From the NCBI GenBank assembly GCA_051294375.1, contig CM119264.1, positions 3,328,900 through 3,392,899 on the forward strand: 64,000 bases of DNA, given 5' to 3'. Made by a program: the position numbers and the translations under genes. The notes under the pieces were generated by a model. It was not told the origin of the DNA. It searched no databases and worked only from the letters and a program-made list of their open reading frames with translations. Below are positions 27,976 through 41,133 of the stretch, piece after piece. The stretch is from Paraspadella gotoi. Lineage: Eukaryota; Animalia; Chaetognatha. The stretch's first letter is position 1; every line of letters begins with the position of its first letter.

Positions 27976-28498
27976 AGTATGAGCAAGTGGCTTTTTAAGT
28001 ATATAATACTTCAACCGGAAGGGTAATATTGTAATCGAATCATGCTCATTTAAAATGTTTAGGTTTGTAAACATTAACATTGTTAAAATAAATAATAAAT
28101 AAATCAATGCTCGATTACAATCATTTGGGTAATGAATATGTTTAGAGTTAATGCTAACAAATCATTAGAGTTTTCTGGTCGAATTCGACCACTGACTCTC
28201 CGTTCATTCGGCTTTTCGACCAGCGAATCGAAAAGTGGTCGAATAACGTGTTTCACTATACCTCGGAGGAGGAGGAGGAGGAGGAGGAGGAAGTGAGGGC
28301 GGAGAAACGAGTAGGCTTTCGTCGAAGAAGATGTGACGATTCCTTACCTTTTTTTGACCGCACCCACTTACCAAGCAGCTTTTTCTTGCTAGGATAACAA
28401 AAACAAAATATAAACGGACAATAGATTTACAATAATCGAATTCAGGTCGTCTACAAACACGTTCCTTACTCCTACCGGCTTCCCTCTCCCTTTGAATT

Positions 28499-28539
<41 letters not shown>

Positions 28540-28541
28540 TT

Positions 28542-28581
<40 letters not shown>

Positions 28582-30296
28582 CTCTACTCATCATCTCTCT
28601 CTCTCTGCGTCCCTCAGACGCTTCACACCTTGACGGTGTTATTAAAAACAGTATGGGGGTTGACTCAGATGGCCACGGCCTATGCAGCATCTTATGTCGG
28701 TCGTTTCGGGTCAATTCCCTCCACCCCCAAACTTGGGCAAATCAAATATCTTTCTTTCCTTCCACTAATGCACCCCACTCTCTTTCCCCCCCGCCCCTTC
28801 CCCCCCCCATTTTCCCCTCCCCCTCCCTTCTCCCCTTCCTCTCTCCCATTTTTCTTTTTTCTTTCTCAAACAGAAAACACAACAACAACGCGGCTGATTA
28901 TTATTTATCTTAATCCAGCGCCATTTCCGAATCCGAGATTCCCACGCATATCCTTGGCCTCTGGCGGCCAAAGGAGGAATACCCGAAAAAGCAGCAAAAA
29001 CACAAAAGACCTTTTTACATTGAGGTCGGGATGAAGGACGATGAGAAGGAGAGAGAGCAGGAGGAGAGATGAAGACGAGAGAGAAGGGAGGACTGAAGGC
29101 GAGAAGAGAGACGACTGAACGGGTTGTCAGATGCAGACGATACGATGAAGTAGGACGCTTAACACACATGCAAAGAGATATTTTCTTTTTGCGTAGCAAT
29201 GTATCCGTTCATTTGCGAAACAAGCTTTCGCTCTACACTAAATCTACAGGCATCTATTTCATTTCTCTTGCATGAGCGAATCTACGCGCTATAGGTATAC
29301 TATGACGAGTTCCATACTGGTGCAAAGCTCAGCCAGATGCCTGTATAGAGGAGTCTGGGTAACACGGGCTGCGAACGAGCTCAGACATTCACGCTTATCT
29401 TGACTTTCGCTTCTTACTTCATTTTCTCCTTTTCTTTTGTTTCTCCTCCGATCTGAACAAAAGTATTAGCTCTGTATCTCACAACAGACTCTCTAATAAC
29501 ACGTCAACGACGTCTATTTCGATGATCTCACTAATAAACCTTTTTCATCGATCCATAAAAATTAATTACATCGCCCAAATTCACGCCCTCTGTTACCGCT
29601 AACAAGTTCTATTTTCCTTCACCACTTGCAGGAACAACTTCACATCCAAATGTGACTGGACACAGAACTCATAAGAGCAATACGCAACCGCCTCACTAAC
29701 ACTAGCGTTCCGAGAAGCTTTTCAATCACACTAAGCAGGTCACANNNNNNNNNNNNNNNNNNNNNNNNNTTGGAACCACCTCCTTTTCTCAGCATTCCAG
29801 GTATAAAAAAAAAAAACAATTCGATCTTTATTTTTGACAATGAGAGAGAGAGGAGAGAAGAGAGAGAGAGAAGAGAGAGAGAGAGAGGATAAGACGAGAG
29901 GAGGATCGAGAGAACGTCGATGAGGATGGAGAGAGAGATGGAGAGACGAGACGGGAGAGAGAGAGAAGAGAGGAGAGAGAGGAGGAGTGAGAGAGCGAGA
30001 GTGAGTGAGAGAGATGAGAGGAAGATTTAAATTGCCTTTGCCCGTCGTTTCTTTATTAATTTTGTGAAAATTTAGCCGAAATTTAATTACGGGGTATACA
30101 AACTAAAAAAGAACACTATTACAAGAATACTGAGGACGAATAACAAACAACAACAAACAACAAACAAAGCGATCGGTCTTTTTCCCTTAAAATATTAAGC
30201 TTAGTGTTTTATATTTAGTCCTGAATTAAAAGTCCGCTTTTTAGATTAAATTTTGAAGACAATTCATTTTTCTTCTTTATTTAATTTAATTGGGTT

Positions 30297-30545
30297 AAGG
30301 GAGAATGAAGGGAGACATGAAAGGAGAATGAAGGGATTAATGAAGAGAAGAAGAAGGGAGAATGAAGGGATATGAAGATGAGAATGAAGGTGGTGAGAAT
30401 GAAAGGAGAATGGAAAGGAGAATGAAGGTGATAATGAAAAGAGAGAGAATGCAGGAGATTGAAGGGAGTATGAAGAGAGAATGAAGGGAAATGAAGGAGA
30501 GAATGAAAAAAGGAGAATGAAGGGCCGAGAATGAAGCGAGAATGA
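30297..30545. repeat. 11-bp minisatellite gaatgaaggga (also 24178-24525)
   Basis: Direct reading. Confidence 0.9.
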
Positions 30546-31008
30546 GGGAATAGAGATGACAGTCGTAGCGCTTTGTGTGACGTGATAGAGTGGGCTTGTA
30601 CAGAAAGGTGTTGGAGCTGTGGCACATCAGTGCGAAGTGTTGCAATAGAAATGACTTTTTTCATTTTAAAGAAGTGACAGAGAGAGAGAGAGAGAGAGAG
30701 AGACGAGAGAGTAGATGAGAGATGAGTAGAGACAGGAAGAGAGAGAGAGAGAGAGGAGAGAGAGAGTAATAAATACTTTGTTAGAGCCGATCTTTTTTTT
30801 CCTGGGTTATCTGTAAACACGGAAAGGCATTTGTAAACCAAGGCGTCCCATGATGGGAAATACGGCGCGTAACCTTGTTTTGAGAGAGAGTGAATTTGGT
30901 GTGTGGGGGATCTGGAGAGAGATGGAAAGAGAGCTCAGCAGGCGGCATGAGGGGGGTGAGCAGACTGAGAGAGAGAAGGAGAGAGAGACGAGAGACGAGA
31001 GAGAGACG

Positions 31009-31040
<32 letters not shown>

Positions 31041-31350
31041 AAATTTAAAGTATCTTTAAGAAGAGAATTAAACAAAAAATAAAAAAGGAATAGACTGATG
31101 AAATCGAAATCCCGGAAAGTGCAGACAGACAAGACAGAACAGACAGACAGACAGGAACGAAAGACAAGCTCTCCAGTTTTGGTCGTTGTCGTATTTCGTC
31201 TTGTTGTTGTCGTTGTTGTCGTTTGTTGTCGTTGTCCCATGTCGTTTGTGGCAGTTTGCATCCAATTTCCTAATATGGGTGAGACATACGATTGATACAA
31301 GCATGAATGTGGGCAAGAATATGAACCCAAAAAAAATAAATTACCTTTAT

Positions 31351-33663
31351 GACACAATGAAAAAAATGGCCCCGTAAACGTTTACTGTTCCTGTGCATAA
31401 AAAAAAATTCCACTGTTCATATTTATTATAGTTTCTTTTTATTTTTTGAAACATTATAGAGTTTCATATGTTGATATCCAACATATCAATGCAAAATCTT
31501 TTTTTGTTTTTAGATATGACTGAATATAGGGTGGAAAGAATGATAATATTTTTTTAAAAAGACTTATTTCATTTTTATCATAGATTTGTAATAGAAAAAA
31601 AAATTTAAAAAAATATAATAGTTATGAATAGTTTTAGTTATGTCTCAAATAGATGGGAAAAAAAAACCTTAATTTAAAAAATTCGACGGGAAGTGGTGGG
31701 AGGGTACTAAGGTCTTCCAATGCATCCTCCACGCCGATGTTCTCTCAAATAATTTTTTATATTTTGGAAAGGGAAAAAAAAAGAAAATTTGGAATGCAGG
31801 TTTGCAGAAGGGCTACCAGATAATCTGGACTTTATTTGATATGCATAACGATGACCTTATATCTTGTGATTAATGGGGGCAGTAAAGAAATCTAAAAATT
31901 TCATTCATTAAGTCAGTCAATGAACCTTCAATGGGTATTTACGAGACAATTATTTTTCTTAATTAAAATGGATGATAAAATAATAGAATTAAATTCCTTT
32001 GCTATATTGAAAAAAAATTATGATACAATTTTAACACAATGATGTTTGCTTTGTTCAAATTATGTTTCACCAGCTATTATAATTTTTTATAACTTATTAT
32101 GATAAAACAAAGCAGCTGTGTTCATAGGCTTTTAGTTTGCAGTTAAAGATATGAAAAATGACAATTTGTTTTTCACAGGACAAGAAGGTAGATGTCCAGA
32201 CTTGTTTATAATTCAAGCTGAAAAACAGTTTTTGTATTTATCATTTTTAATATTTTAAAAAATACATTTTATCAAGCTACTAACATAAAATTTTGCTTGT
32301 TTTTTACTTTAACTGAAAAAAATATAAGCAATTTTATGGAAATTAAAAAAAATTTAATAATAAACAAATGTATTCAGTCTTTCTTTTTTCAATTACAAAA
32401 GAAAAAGAAAAAATTACACATATTGCCTCATTTGAAAAATTTTTTAAAGCAAAAAACTGTTATACTTTTAACTCTGATTAAACAAAAGCTGTGTAAAGAA
32501 GATTTTATGGATTAATTTAATAAAACTCTTTTAGAAAGGTTGTTCCATGATTAGGCTTTAATTTTGATACTAAATCCACCTTGCTACCTCTTTTCTTTTC
32601 AAAAAGTTATTTTAAAAAAATAACTTTTTTAAAATTACGCAGTACAAATCATTTGTTAAATAAAAATTTTCGAAATAGCGGGGAGTATCTCACTTATTTC
32701 TATTGGTACAATATTTAAATCTTTAAAATAAAAACTTGAGAAATTTTTGTCATTTAGAGACATATCACTTTGCAGATGTAACCCATCGAAATTTAATTTT
32801 TATTATTATTTCACCCAAAAAACCCTATAAGAAAAGTTGAAATTTTTTTTCAAATGTTGGAAAAAATTTCATTTTGACCTATGCTCATTGAGAATAATGC
32901 GTTTTGCATAGAAAAATCCAAAATATCAAAAAAATAAAAAATCAACCTCTAGAAAAATCGGAAAGGCTACGAGGCTGATTTTTTAAATTGCAAAATTTTT
33001 TTCCTGACTCATAATCCATTATTCTCAAGTTTCAAAATATTTTTTTTCCAAAAATCATTTCAATCAATTTTTTATTAATTTAAAATGTTTTATGATGTTG
33101 TTTTTGTTTGAAAGAATGAAAAAGTGAAAAAATATAGTTTAATATATAAGCGTTTGTGAAAATACCTTTAAAATATTAAAGTAATTAGACACAAGGGGCC
33201 AGTAAGCGGAGAAAACTTTTCCCATTCATAAAGGAAAATTGAAAATGAATTTGTCATATTGCTATTTTAGATTAATGACTAATTACCAAACAAATGATTT
33301 CATATTAAATTGAGGAGGAACATGATGGGTAAAAAATATTGCATCTTGCGTCTCGGTCTTACTATTAGGTATCGTTTAAGTTTTGTTATTAATAATCATT
33401 AAATTTTTTGTCATTTATAAAAGCAACTGCGTACTTAAAATTGTTAAGCGTTTTGAGCTATATTGGCTTCCATCTTTTACTATTTTTGATCTAGTTAGTT
33501 TTGTTGATTGGTCAAGGGTTATGGTCGATACAGAATGCTCCAGTAGTGTATATCGCGCATATTACCAAAATAATGATCAATTTTTAATTTGGCTCATAAA
33601 CAATTTTAAAGGGACAAAATCAGCACGAGACCCGTTTCGCCACGTTTATTTTTCATTGTTGTC
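31351..33663. mobile_element. 2.3 kb TIR DNA transposon insertion with 4-bp TSD (TTAT), superfamily unassigned
   Basis: Absent from the duplicate copy, where the empty site reads acctt-TTAT-tcag (25024-25027). TTAT flanks both ends (31347-31350, 33664-33667). TIR GACA(A)CAATGAAAAA...TTTTTCATTGTTGTC. AT-rich interior with no intact transposase seen. Confidence 0.85.
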
Positions 33664-35101
33664 TTATTCAGTTTGCTTAACAAACAAGTTTAACAATTCC
33701 TAACAAAAGAAAATTATCTGCCTTTTCTCACACGGGTTTTTTTTGCGCCTTCTCTTTTTCTGTGGTTCCCATTGCCACGCGGCCTTTCACAACTTGTGGG
33801 GAACCCAAAAATAGGATGGTGGCTACGACAAGTAAGACCGCTGGCATCGAATGATCGCGGTTTTTTGGCCGGACGATTTCCTCAACAGGTTCAATTCCTT
33901 TCTTCCGGCGAACTCCCAGTGAGGTTCTCTTCCTGGCTCAGCTCTCGAAGGTGATCCCTCACTATGTGCGCTCGAATGTGCAGGTCTCGTGTTTTTAAAG
34001 ATATCTCAGCTGCTGGCACAGCGGCGGTGGATTGTTCAGCTGTGCGTCGAGGGGAGAGGGTGGCGCCGTTGTCGTGGACGGGAGAGAGAGAGTAAGTCGG
34101 GATCAAGAATCGGACAACAGAGTGGATAAAATAGTGGACAAGGTGGAAATAGATTGGGCAAGAGTGGTTTTCCAATGATCCCAGTTTAGACCCCGAACCC
34201 TCGAGGCAATCACGTTCAGGGGATTTAGCCGCCGGGTGGGAGAGGCAGGAGCGGGAATCGAGGAAGGTAAGGTGGTGGTGGCGAAGAGGCCCTCGAGGGA
34301 GAGATAGAAACGGGAGGGATCGAGGAATGGGTGGCGAGGAAGGCGGAGAGAGAAACGGTGAGATCGATCGCGTAGATGATAATCGGGATTAATCGGGATT
34401 AATCGTTAAATGAGAGAACAGGAGGCCGAGGAAGGTTAAGGGGCCGAGGGAAAGTAAGGGGTTTTTAAAGGGAAAAGTAGGGGGAGGGGGCCTTAGGAGT
34501 GATCGAAGGTAAGTGTCGGGGCGGCGGGGCGGGGTAAGGATGGGGCGCTAATGGCGGTGGTGTTAGGTTAAGGCCGAGAGTGAGTGATGTCACTTTGAGA
34601 GAAGAAGATTGGTGAGTTTCAAATAAGGACGGTTTAAAAGAGCGATGGCGAGGCGAGAAAAGCAGAGGACGGTTGAGTAGCAGAGGTAAAGTCCAATTCG
34701 CGGGTTGCGAAGTATTGGGTTAGGGAGTAGGAGTGATGAGGGAGAGGTAAGGGCGGTAAGGAAGTTTGTTGTCCCTCGATCAAAGATTCCCGACTTTTTT
34801 TTTTAATCGATGGACGGATATCGCGTTGGCTTCATTAACGTCTCGTTAGGTCGTCACGTCGTCAGCATCCGTCGGTCTGTCGTTAGAGAGAAAAAAACGA
34901 AGACCGAAAAATCATAGTAATCGAAGCTGAAAAAAAATCTCTCGCTCTCAATTTACGATTTATGGATGAAGGAACAATCACTGATGTGCCGCTGGGGTCC
35001 GCCGTGCCGCTGCTGCAGCCGCTCTCTCGCCGCCCCTCTTAGCTGCTCCACTCTAATCCTGCCTTTTGCCCTTCCACCCCGATCCATTTCCCGCGAAAAA
35101 T

Positions 35102-35500
35102 CTATTCCGCCATACCTGTTGTAGATACCTATCGCCCCTTGTTGTTGATTACCTATCCGCCCTGTGTGATACCTATCCGCCCTGTTTGTCGATACCTATT
35201 CCGCCCTGTTGTGATACCCTATCGCCCTGTTGTGTTACTATCCGCCCTGTGTGATACCTATCCGCCCGTGTTGTGATACCTATCCCCCTGTGTGATAACC
35301 TAGATCCGCCCTGTTGTGATATCTATCCGCCCTGTTGTAATACCTATCCGCGCTGTTGTGATACCTATCCGCCCTGTTGATACCTATCCGCCCTGTTGTG
35401 ATACCTATCCGCCCTGTTGTGATACCTATCCGCCCTGTTGTGATACTATCCGCCCTGTTTTGATACCTATCCGCCCTGTTGTGATACCTGTCCGCCCTGT
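35102..35500. repeat. 21-bp minisatellite atccgccctgttgtgatacct (second copy 26338-26577)
   Basis: Head-to-tail units without spacers. Confidence 0.95.
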
Positions 35501-36179
35501 TCTCTTTCAACTTTTTTTGTCTCCAAAAAAAATCTAATGTTTTTCTTTTTTTTCTTTTTTTTTTTTTTTTTTTGTCAGCGACTTTTTCCGATTTTTCGCG
35601 ACTTTTTCCGATTTTCGCTGAGATTTTTGACGCCGCCTCAAAAAATCTTTGTCGTCGACTCCTCAATTTATAAATCGTTGGCGCATCTAGTGACACGCCG
35701 TGGTTTTGGGAGACATTTCCTAGGGAATGATTTATATTGTTGTATATCAATCGAGCAATGATCGAGTTCATTAATGTTTTCTTCCTCGTGCGCTACATTT
35801 TCAAATTGATGCGACTGGCGAAAAGTTTTGGGAGTCTTCATTATCGTCATCGCGTTGTCGTCCGTCTTTTTCTTCATCGTCTTCTTCGTTCGTCGTCGTC
35901 GTCGTTATCGTCGTCGTCTTCATCGTTTCGTCGTTTTGTTATTTTTGATAATTTCGCGATTCCAGTCAACGAGCAACCACTCCCCCCCCCTTTCCCTGTT
36001 CCGCAAGTTTGGACTGAGAGAGAACGGGCCTCGAACCCTGACCCTCGAACTTACCCTGATATATAGGACGGGAACACGACTTACCAAAACGACAATACGG
36101 GCCTTGCTCGATGCCCTTACCGGCGGCGGCGGTTGCGAAGCCGCGAAAGAAACCGTCTAAACATCCCGCATAATCAGAG

Positions 36180-36262
<83 letters not shown>

Positions 36263-36345
36263 AGAGACGACATTCCGAGAATCTTCCCACCGCCAGCGGC
36301 GATGGCGAAAGGGTTGGTCCGATTTCGTGCTTTACAATGTTTAGC

Positions 36346-36412
<67 letters not shown>

Positions 36413-36430
36413 CTTTTTCTTCTTCTCTCT

Positions 36431-36471
<41 letters not shown>

Positions 36472-36500
36472 TCTCTCCTCTCTCTTCTGCGGTCCCTCAG

Positions 36501-36539
36501 CGCTCATCACCTTTGACGGGTTGAAAAACAAGTATGGAG
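36501..36539 (+). CDS. Putative short exon, CUB-like 'TLITFDGLKNKYG'
   Basis: Long (CT)n tract plus ccctcag| acceptor in both copies (copy A 28618-28658). Donor G|gttgac is phase 1 and compatible with the next exon. Confidence 0.4.
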
Positions 36540-37305
36540 GTTGACTCGGAGGCCTAGCGTGAGCCCACTTATTGCAGTCTTCCGTCGTGTTCGGGTTCAA
36601 TCCCCCTCCCCCCAACGCAACTGGGCCAAATCAAACTATCTTTCTTCCTTCCAACAATGCACCCCTATCTTCTCTTCCCCCACCTGCCCCTTCCCCCCCC
36701 CCATTTTCCCCTCCCCCTCTCCTCTCCCCTCCTCTCTCTCCCATTTTCTTTTTTCTTTCTCAACAGAATAACACAACAACAACGCGGCTGATTATATATT
36801 TATCTTAATCAGCCCGACTCCGAATCTCGGGATTCCACCGCATATCTTGGCCTCTGGCGGCCAAAAGGAGGAAATCACCCGAAAGAAAGCATCAAAAAAC
36901 AAAAAAGAACCTTTTTACAATTTGGACCGGTAAGAGAGAGAGCTGAGGAGAGAGAGAGAGAGCAGAGGAGAGAGAGATGAAGACGAGAGAGAAGTAGACG
37001 AGAGAAGAAGAGTAGTAACCTGAAGAATTTCTTCCTTGCTTAAAATGTCTTCTGAGTTTCTAATATTAGTTTTCTTCTTTAAGATTTTCTACGGACCTCA
37101 TCTTTACTTTGTTTCTTATTTTCTCTTTTCTTTTTTTCTCCGATTCGAACAAAAATGATTAGTTTACATCTAAAACCGACCATCTTTAAAGTATACTTCT
37201 ATGAACTCACTACATAAACCTTTTCTGTCCAAAAATTTTAAAAACATCGCCCATTTCACGCCTCTTTACCCGTAACCACAGTTTATTTTCCTCACCACTC
37301 TGCAG

Positions 37306-37560
37306 ACAACTTCACTCCAAATGTGATCTGGACGACTCATAGAGCAAAGCCAATCACCGCTCACTAACATACGTTTTCCGAGTTCAATCACTCCGCAGTA
37401 CAAAACCTGTTAGCATTGCTGCGGAGGTTCTGTGGGGACATATCACCCCCCCAAGACTTGGTGTCCGATGCCCTCGATCAAGCAGTTCCCATTCCCTGCC
37501 AGGATCGTTTAATATGCGAAATTTTCATTTCCGCCAGCTGAGCTCTTATAAACTGGTTTC
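37306..37560 (+). CDS. Exon encoding the C-terminal half of a CUB-like domain (frameshifted, noisy sequence)
   Basis: Acceptor ctctgcag|. Across frames it reads 'DNFTSKCD...LRRFCGDISP-QDLVSDA...FHSLPGSFNMRNFHF..SYKLV', matching the CUB pattern C..D...r.CG...p...S...F.S...F...Y. Copy A (29632-29744) supports aac ttc aca tcc aaa tgt gac. The 3' boundary is uncertain. Confidence 0.55.
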
Positions 37561-37746
37561 ACACAATTAAAACCGTTAATAGGCGTGGTTATATTCTCCC
37601 ATCGCTGTGATTCCGCCTTCCCTCTCACCACAATACGAATTCAACGTATTTTCAATTCCGATTTACTGTTTTCCCACTTTTTTCCCTCGTCTATTTTTTC
37701 CCAAACCATTTTTTTCAACGTTTTTCGTCTCCTCTCTCTCTCTTCT

Positions 37747-37842
<96 letters not shown>

Positions 37843-37849
37843 CTCCGAG

Positions 37850-37880
37850 GACGATCCCAATGTGAATACGAAAAATGCTG
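37850..37880 (+). CDS. Candidate 31-nt micro-exon
   Basis: (CT)n-ttctccgag| ... ctg|gtacgt. Reading frame and gene assignment unknown. Confidence 0.25.
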
Positions 37881-39014
37881 GTACGTCTTCCGGAGGAAAT
37901 TTTTGAAAGGGAAACCAGGAAGAGAAAGGGAGGGTGCGTTGATTAGAGAGATGTTAGAGAGAGAGTTAGAGAGGAGAGGAGAAGAGAGAGGAAGAGCGAG
38001 AGCGAGAGAGAGAGAGATTTAAAAGGTACACTCAATTTCTCTTTCAGGGTAAAAAGGGTAAAAAGGAGACGAGGAAGTCTCTTTGGTTTCAGACTCTATT
38101 TTTAGAGATCATTTTTCAATTTCCATTCAAGTCGTCGTCGTCGGTTTCTTCGTCGTCATCTTCGTCGTCGTCTTCTTCGTCGTCATCTTCGTCGTCGTTG
38201 TGTAAGCAACAATTTTTCCCATGAAAAATGTTGTTTGCGCGTGCGCATCAAGAAAAGTCACCCTGAAATGAGGCGAGATCAAAGTTGGCAACACGAGCAG
38301 AGACAAAGGGTCGCGAAAACAAATGACAGGGTAGAAAAAGATGACTAAATTAATCGAAAAAAACAAATGACAGGGAAGAAAAAGATGAGAAAACGAATCA
38401 AGAAAACAAATGACAGGGGATAAGAAGATAAAAAACAAATCGAGAAAACAAATGACAGGGGAGAAAAAGAGTTTAATCTAGAAAAAGTCTTATCAGATAT
38501 CCAGTGAAAGTCGAGGCCAAAACTTCACTCTCGTGAGTCGTGATCCATTTGCAAGACTTTTGCTTTAATAACCAAGCGTCTTTGAGTGAGCGCTCCGTTG
38601 GTTTCATTGAGAGTACCTACCTGTACAGTTAAATGCGAAATTCTAAAGCTATCAAATAACAAAAACAACATCAAGCTAATGATGTAATTACATACAACTC
38701 ATGCTAATCTTATTTTTTCTTTACATCGAGAGTTTGAAAAGATGAATTTTTACGCTCATTATTTCCTAACTACGTAATTTTTTCGTTTGCTTGCTAATGG
38801 GAGAATATTTCCATTTTACTCACGCGTTTTGTTCTTTTTTTTGTAAATCGAATAAAAAAGAGATGAAAAGTTTATTAATACTCCGACGCAGAGTTTGTTA
38901 ATATAAATTTTATTATTAAAATGATATAAAATTTCATCGGAGGCCAAATCTCGTAAACGAGAAAAACGATATTTTTGAGAATTTCATCAAGATCAGGGAA
39001 GCGTTTCGGTTGCC

Positions 39015-39057
<43 letters not shown>

Positions 39058-39509
39058 TTCATTGCATCTTCGTCGAGTTTATTCAAAAAATGTTGTTTTG
39101 CAATTTTATGTTGTTTTGTGGAAAAACTTTTCGAGTCTGGAGATGAAATGAAGAATAGGAAGAGCGTGAGTGGTTTCGGAGGGGAGCGTGTGTACGCATA
39201 GTTTTGGGGTCTGGGGGCATAGCGGTGGCGGTGTGACTTTAGGCCGGAAAAGGTTAAAAGTGAAATGGGGAGGGGGAAACTTAAACTTAAAATATAAAAT
39301 ACGTTTGTATTTTAAATTATTTCCTAATTTTTTAAAAAATTTTTCTTTTTTTCATTTTTAACAAGAGTAAAGGTAACTCATTTTTAAATTTAATCATAGA
39401 ACCATAAGATGATGTATTATTATATAAATATTTAGCTGCCACTTGTTAAAAACTGACAACATAAATCACATTTCGCCTCTCTTCAATTAATAGTCTTAAG
39501 TTTTTATAT

Positions 39510-39597
<88 letters not shown>

Positions 39598-40466
39598 TTT
39601 TTTCTTTTTTTTTAATTTACGATCTTCCCCGAGTCAACGATCGTCAAAGAAAATCTCATTTCTTGCAATTTTTAAAACTTTCGCTTCAAACGTCAGAGGC
39701 GCTAATAATCGAGAAACATAAAATTTAAATCAAGAAATAAAAAAACTTGACTTGAAACTGGAGAGAATAAAACGAGTTTGAACATTTTCTGATTTAAGCC
39801 AAAACAAGGAATGGAAATTCCAAGTTGTCGAGCCTCTTTAACTGTTCCCTTTTTTTTTATATGAACGACCCATTTGACTCTTATTTGCATATTATAGTTT
39901 TTTTTCAAAAAGTAAGATAATAGTTATTTTTTTATTCATGTCTATTAGGCGTTTAAACATTTAAAGAAGCATCAGACAGACAAACAGACCAAACGAGAGA
40001 CCAAACTAAAAAAAGTTATGTTATAGAGATGTTCTCTGCGATTATTCACTACGCGACTAAAAACATGTTCGATCCGTCAACCGGCATTTTCGTTAAAAAG
40101 TTCAAACGAGACATTTCGCTCCGGTCGCTTCGAGTAAAAATGTCAAGTCTTACGACTTACCTACGTCCGAAAATTCCTCCGTAAAAACTAATTATCCCTG
40201 ATTGTAATAAAAAGAACAAGTCTCTTCTTTTGCTTGAGAGTTGAGACTTACCTTTGGGAAATACTTTTCGACTCAAATCGAGTCGAACATCAAACGTCAA
40301 ATCCCTCCTTAAGTCTTAAGAGGTCATCCTCACCCTAACGCAGCATTCGCCGCAGCCGACGCAGCCGACGCAGCCGCTGCCTCGATTCCACCTGCACTCG
40401 AAATCCACGGAGAAGACGAGCCTTCGGTTGCTTGATTACAGTTCAAAAGAGAAGAAAGGATACCTT

Positions 40467-40498
<32 letters not shown>

Positions 40499-40504
40499 TC
40501 TACC

Positions 40505-40552
<48 letters not shown>

Positions 40553-41065
40553 GAAGGACACGAAGGAAAATGAAAGAGGACCAGAAAGAGACCGTGGAAA
40601 TGGAAATAAAGAAAGGAAAAATAAAAAGAGAGAGAGAGAGGAGAGGAGAGAGAGACGAGAGAGAGAGACGAGAGAGAGAGAAGAGAGAGAGGAGAGAGAG
40701 AGAAAGAGAGGATGAGAGAGAGAGAAAGAGAGAGAGAGAGATAGAGAGAGGCAGTCAAAGAGAATAGAATTGGATTAGAGATTATTCAACATTAATACTC
40801 TATCGATTATCGGTTATATGTGTAGCGGAACAGATTAAACCATTAATCCGTCCGTTTAATGCGATCGTAAGTCTGTCGTCGTTGTTGTTGTTGTTGTTCC
40901 AAACCCAAAACCGATGATCGAATTGTCATCGATGCTGATGGAACAAAGATGGACTTTGTTGAGGCGGAGAAGAAAGATGGGAGGAGGAGGAGGAGGGGGA
41001 GGAGGAGGAGGAGGAGGAGGAGGATCAGGTTTGGTTTATGTGATGAATTTAAAAAAATAATTGAG

Positions 41066-41133
41066 GAGTTGAGCGCAAAGAAAATCTGAGTTGAGCGCAA
41101 AGAAAATCTGAGTTGAGTGCAAAGAAAATCTGT
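41066..41133. repeat. 22-bp tandem repeat gagttgagcgcaaagaaaatct x3
   Basis: Direct reading. Confidence 0.9.

Noticed and set aside
35102-35500. CRISPR-like regular repeat
   Set aside because: Head-to-tail 21-mers with no unique spacers, no cas genes and a eukaryotic context.
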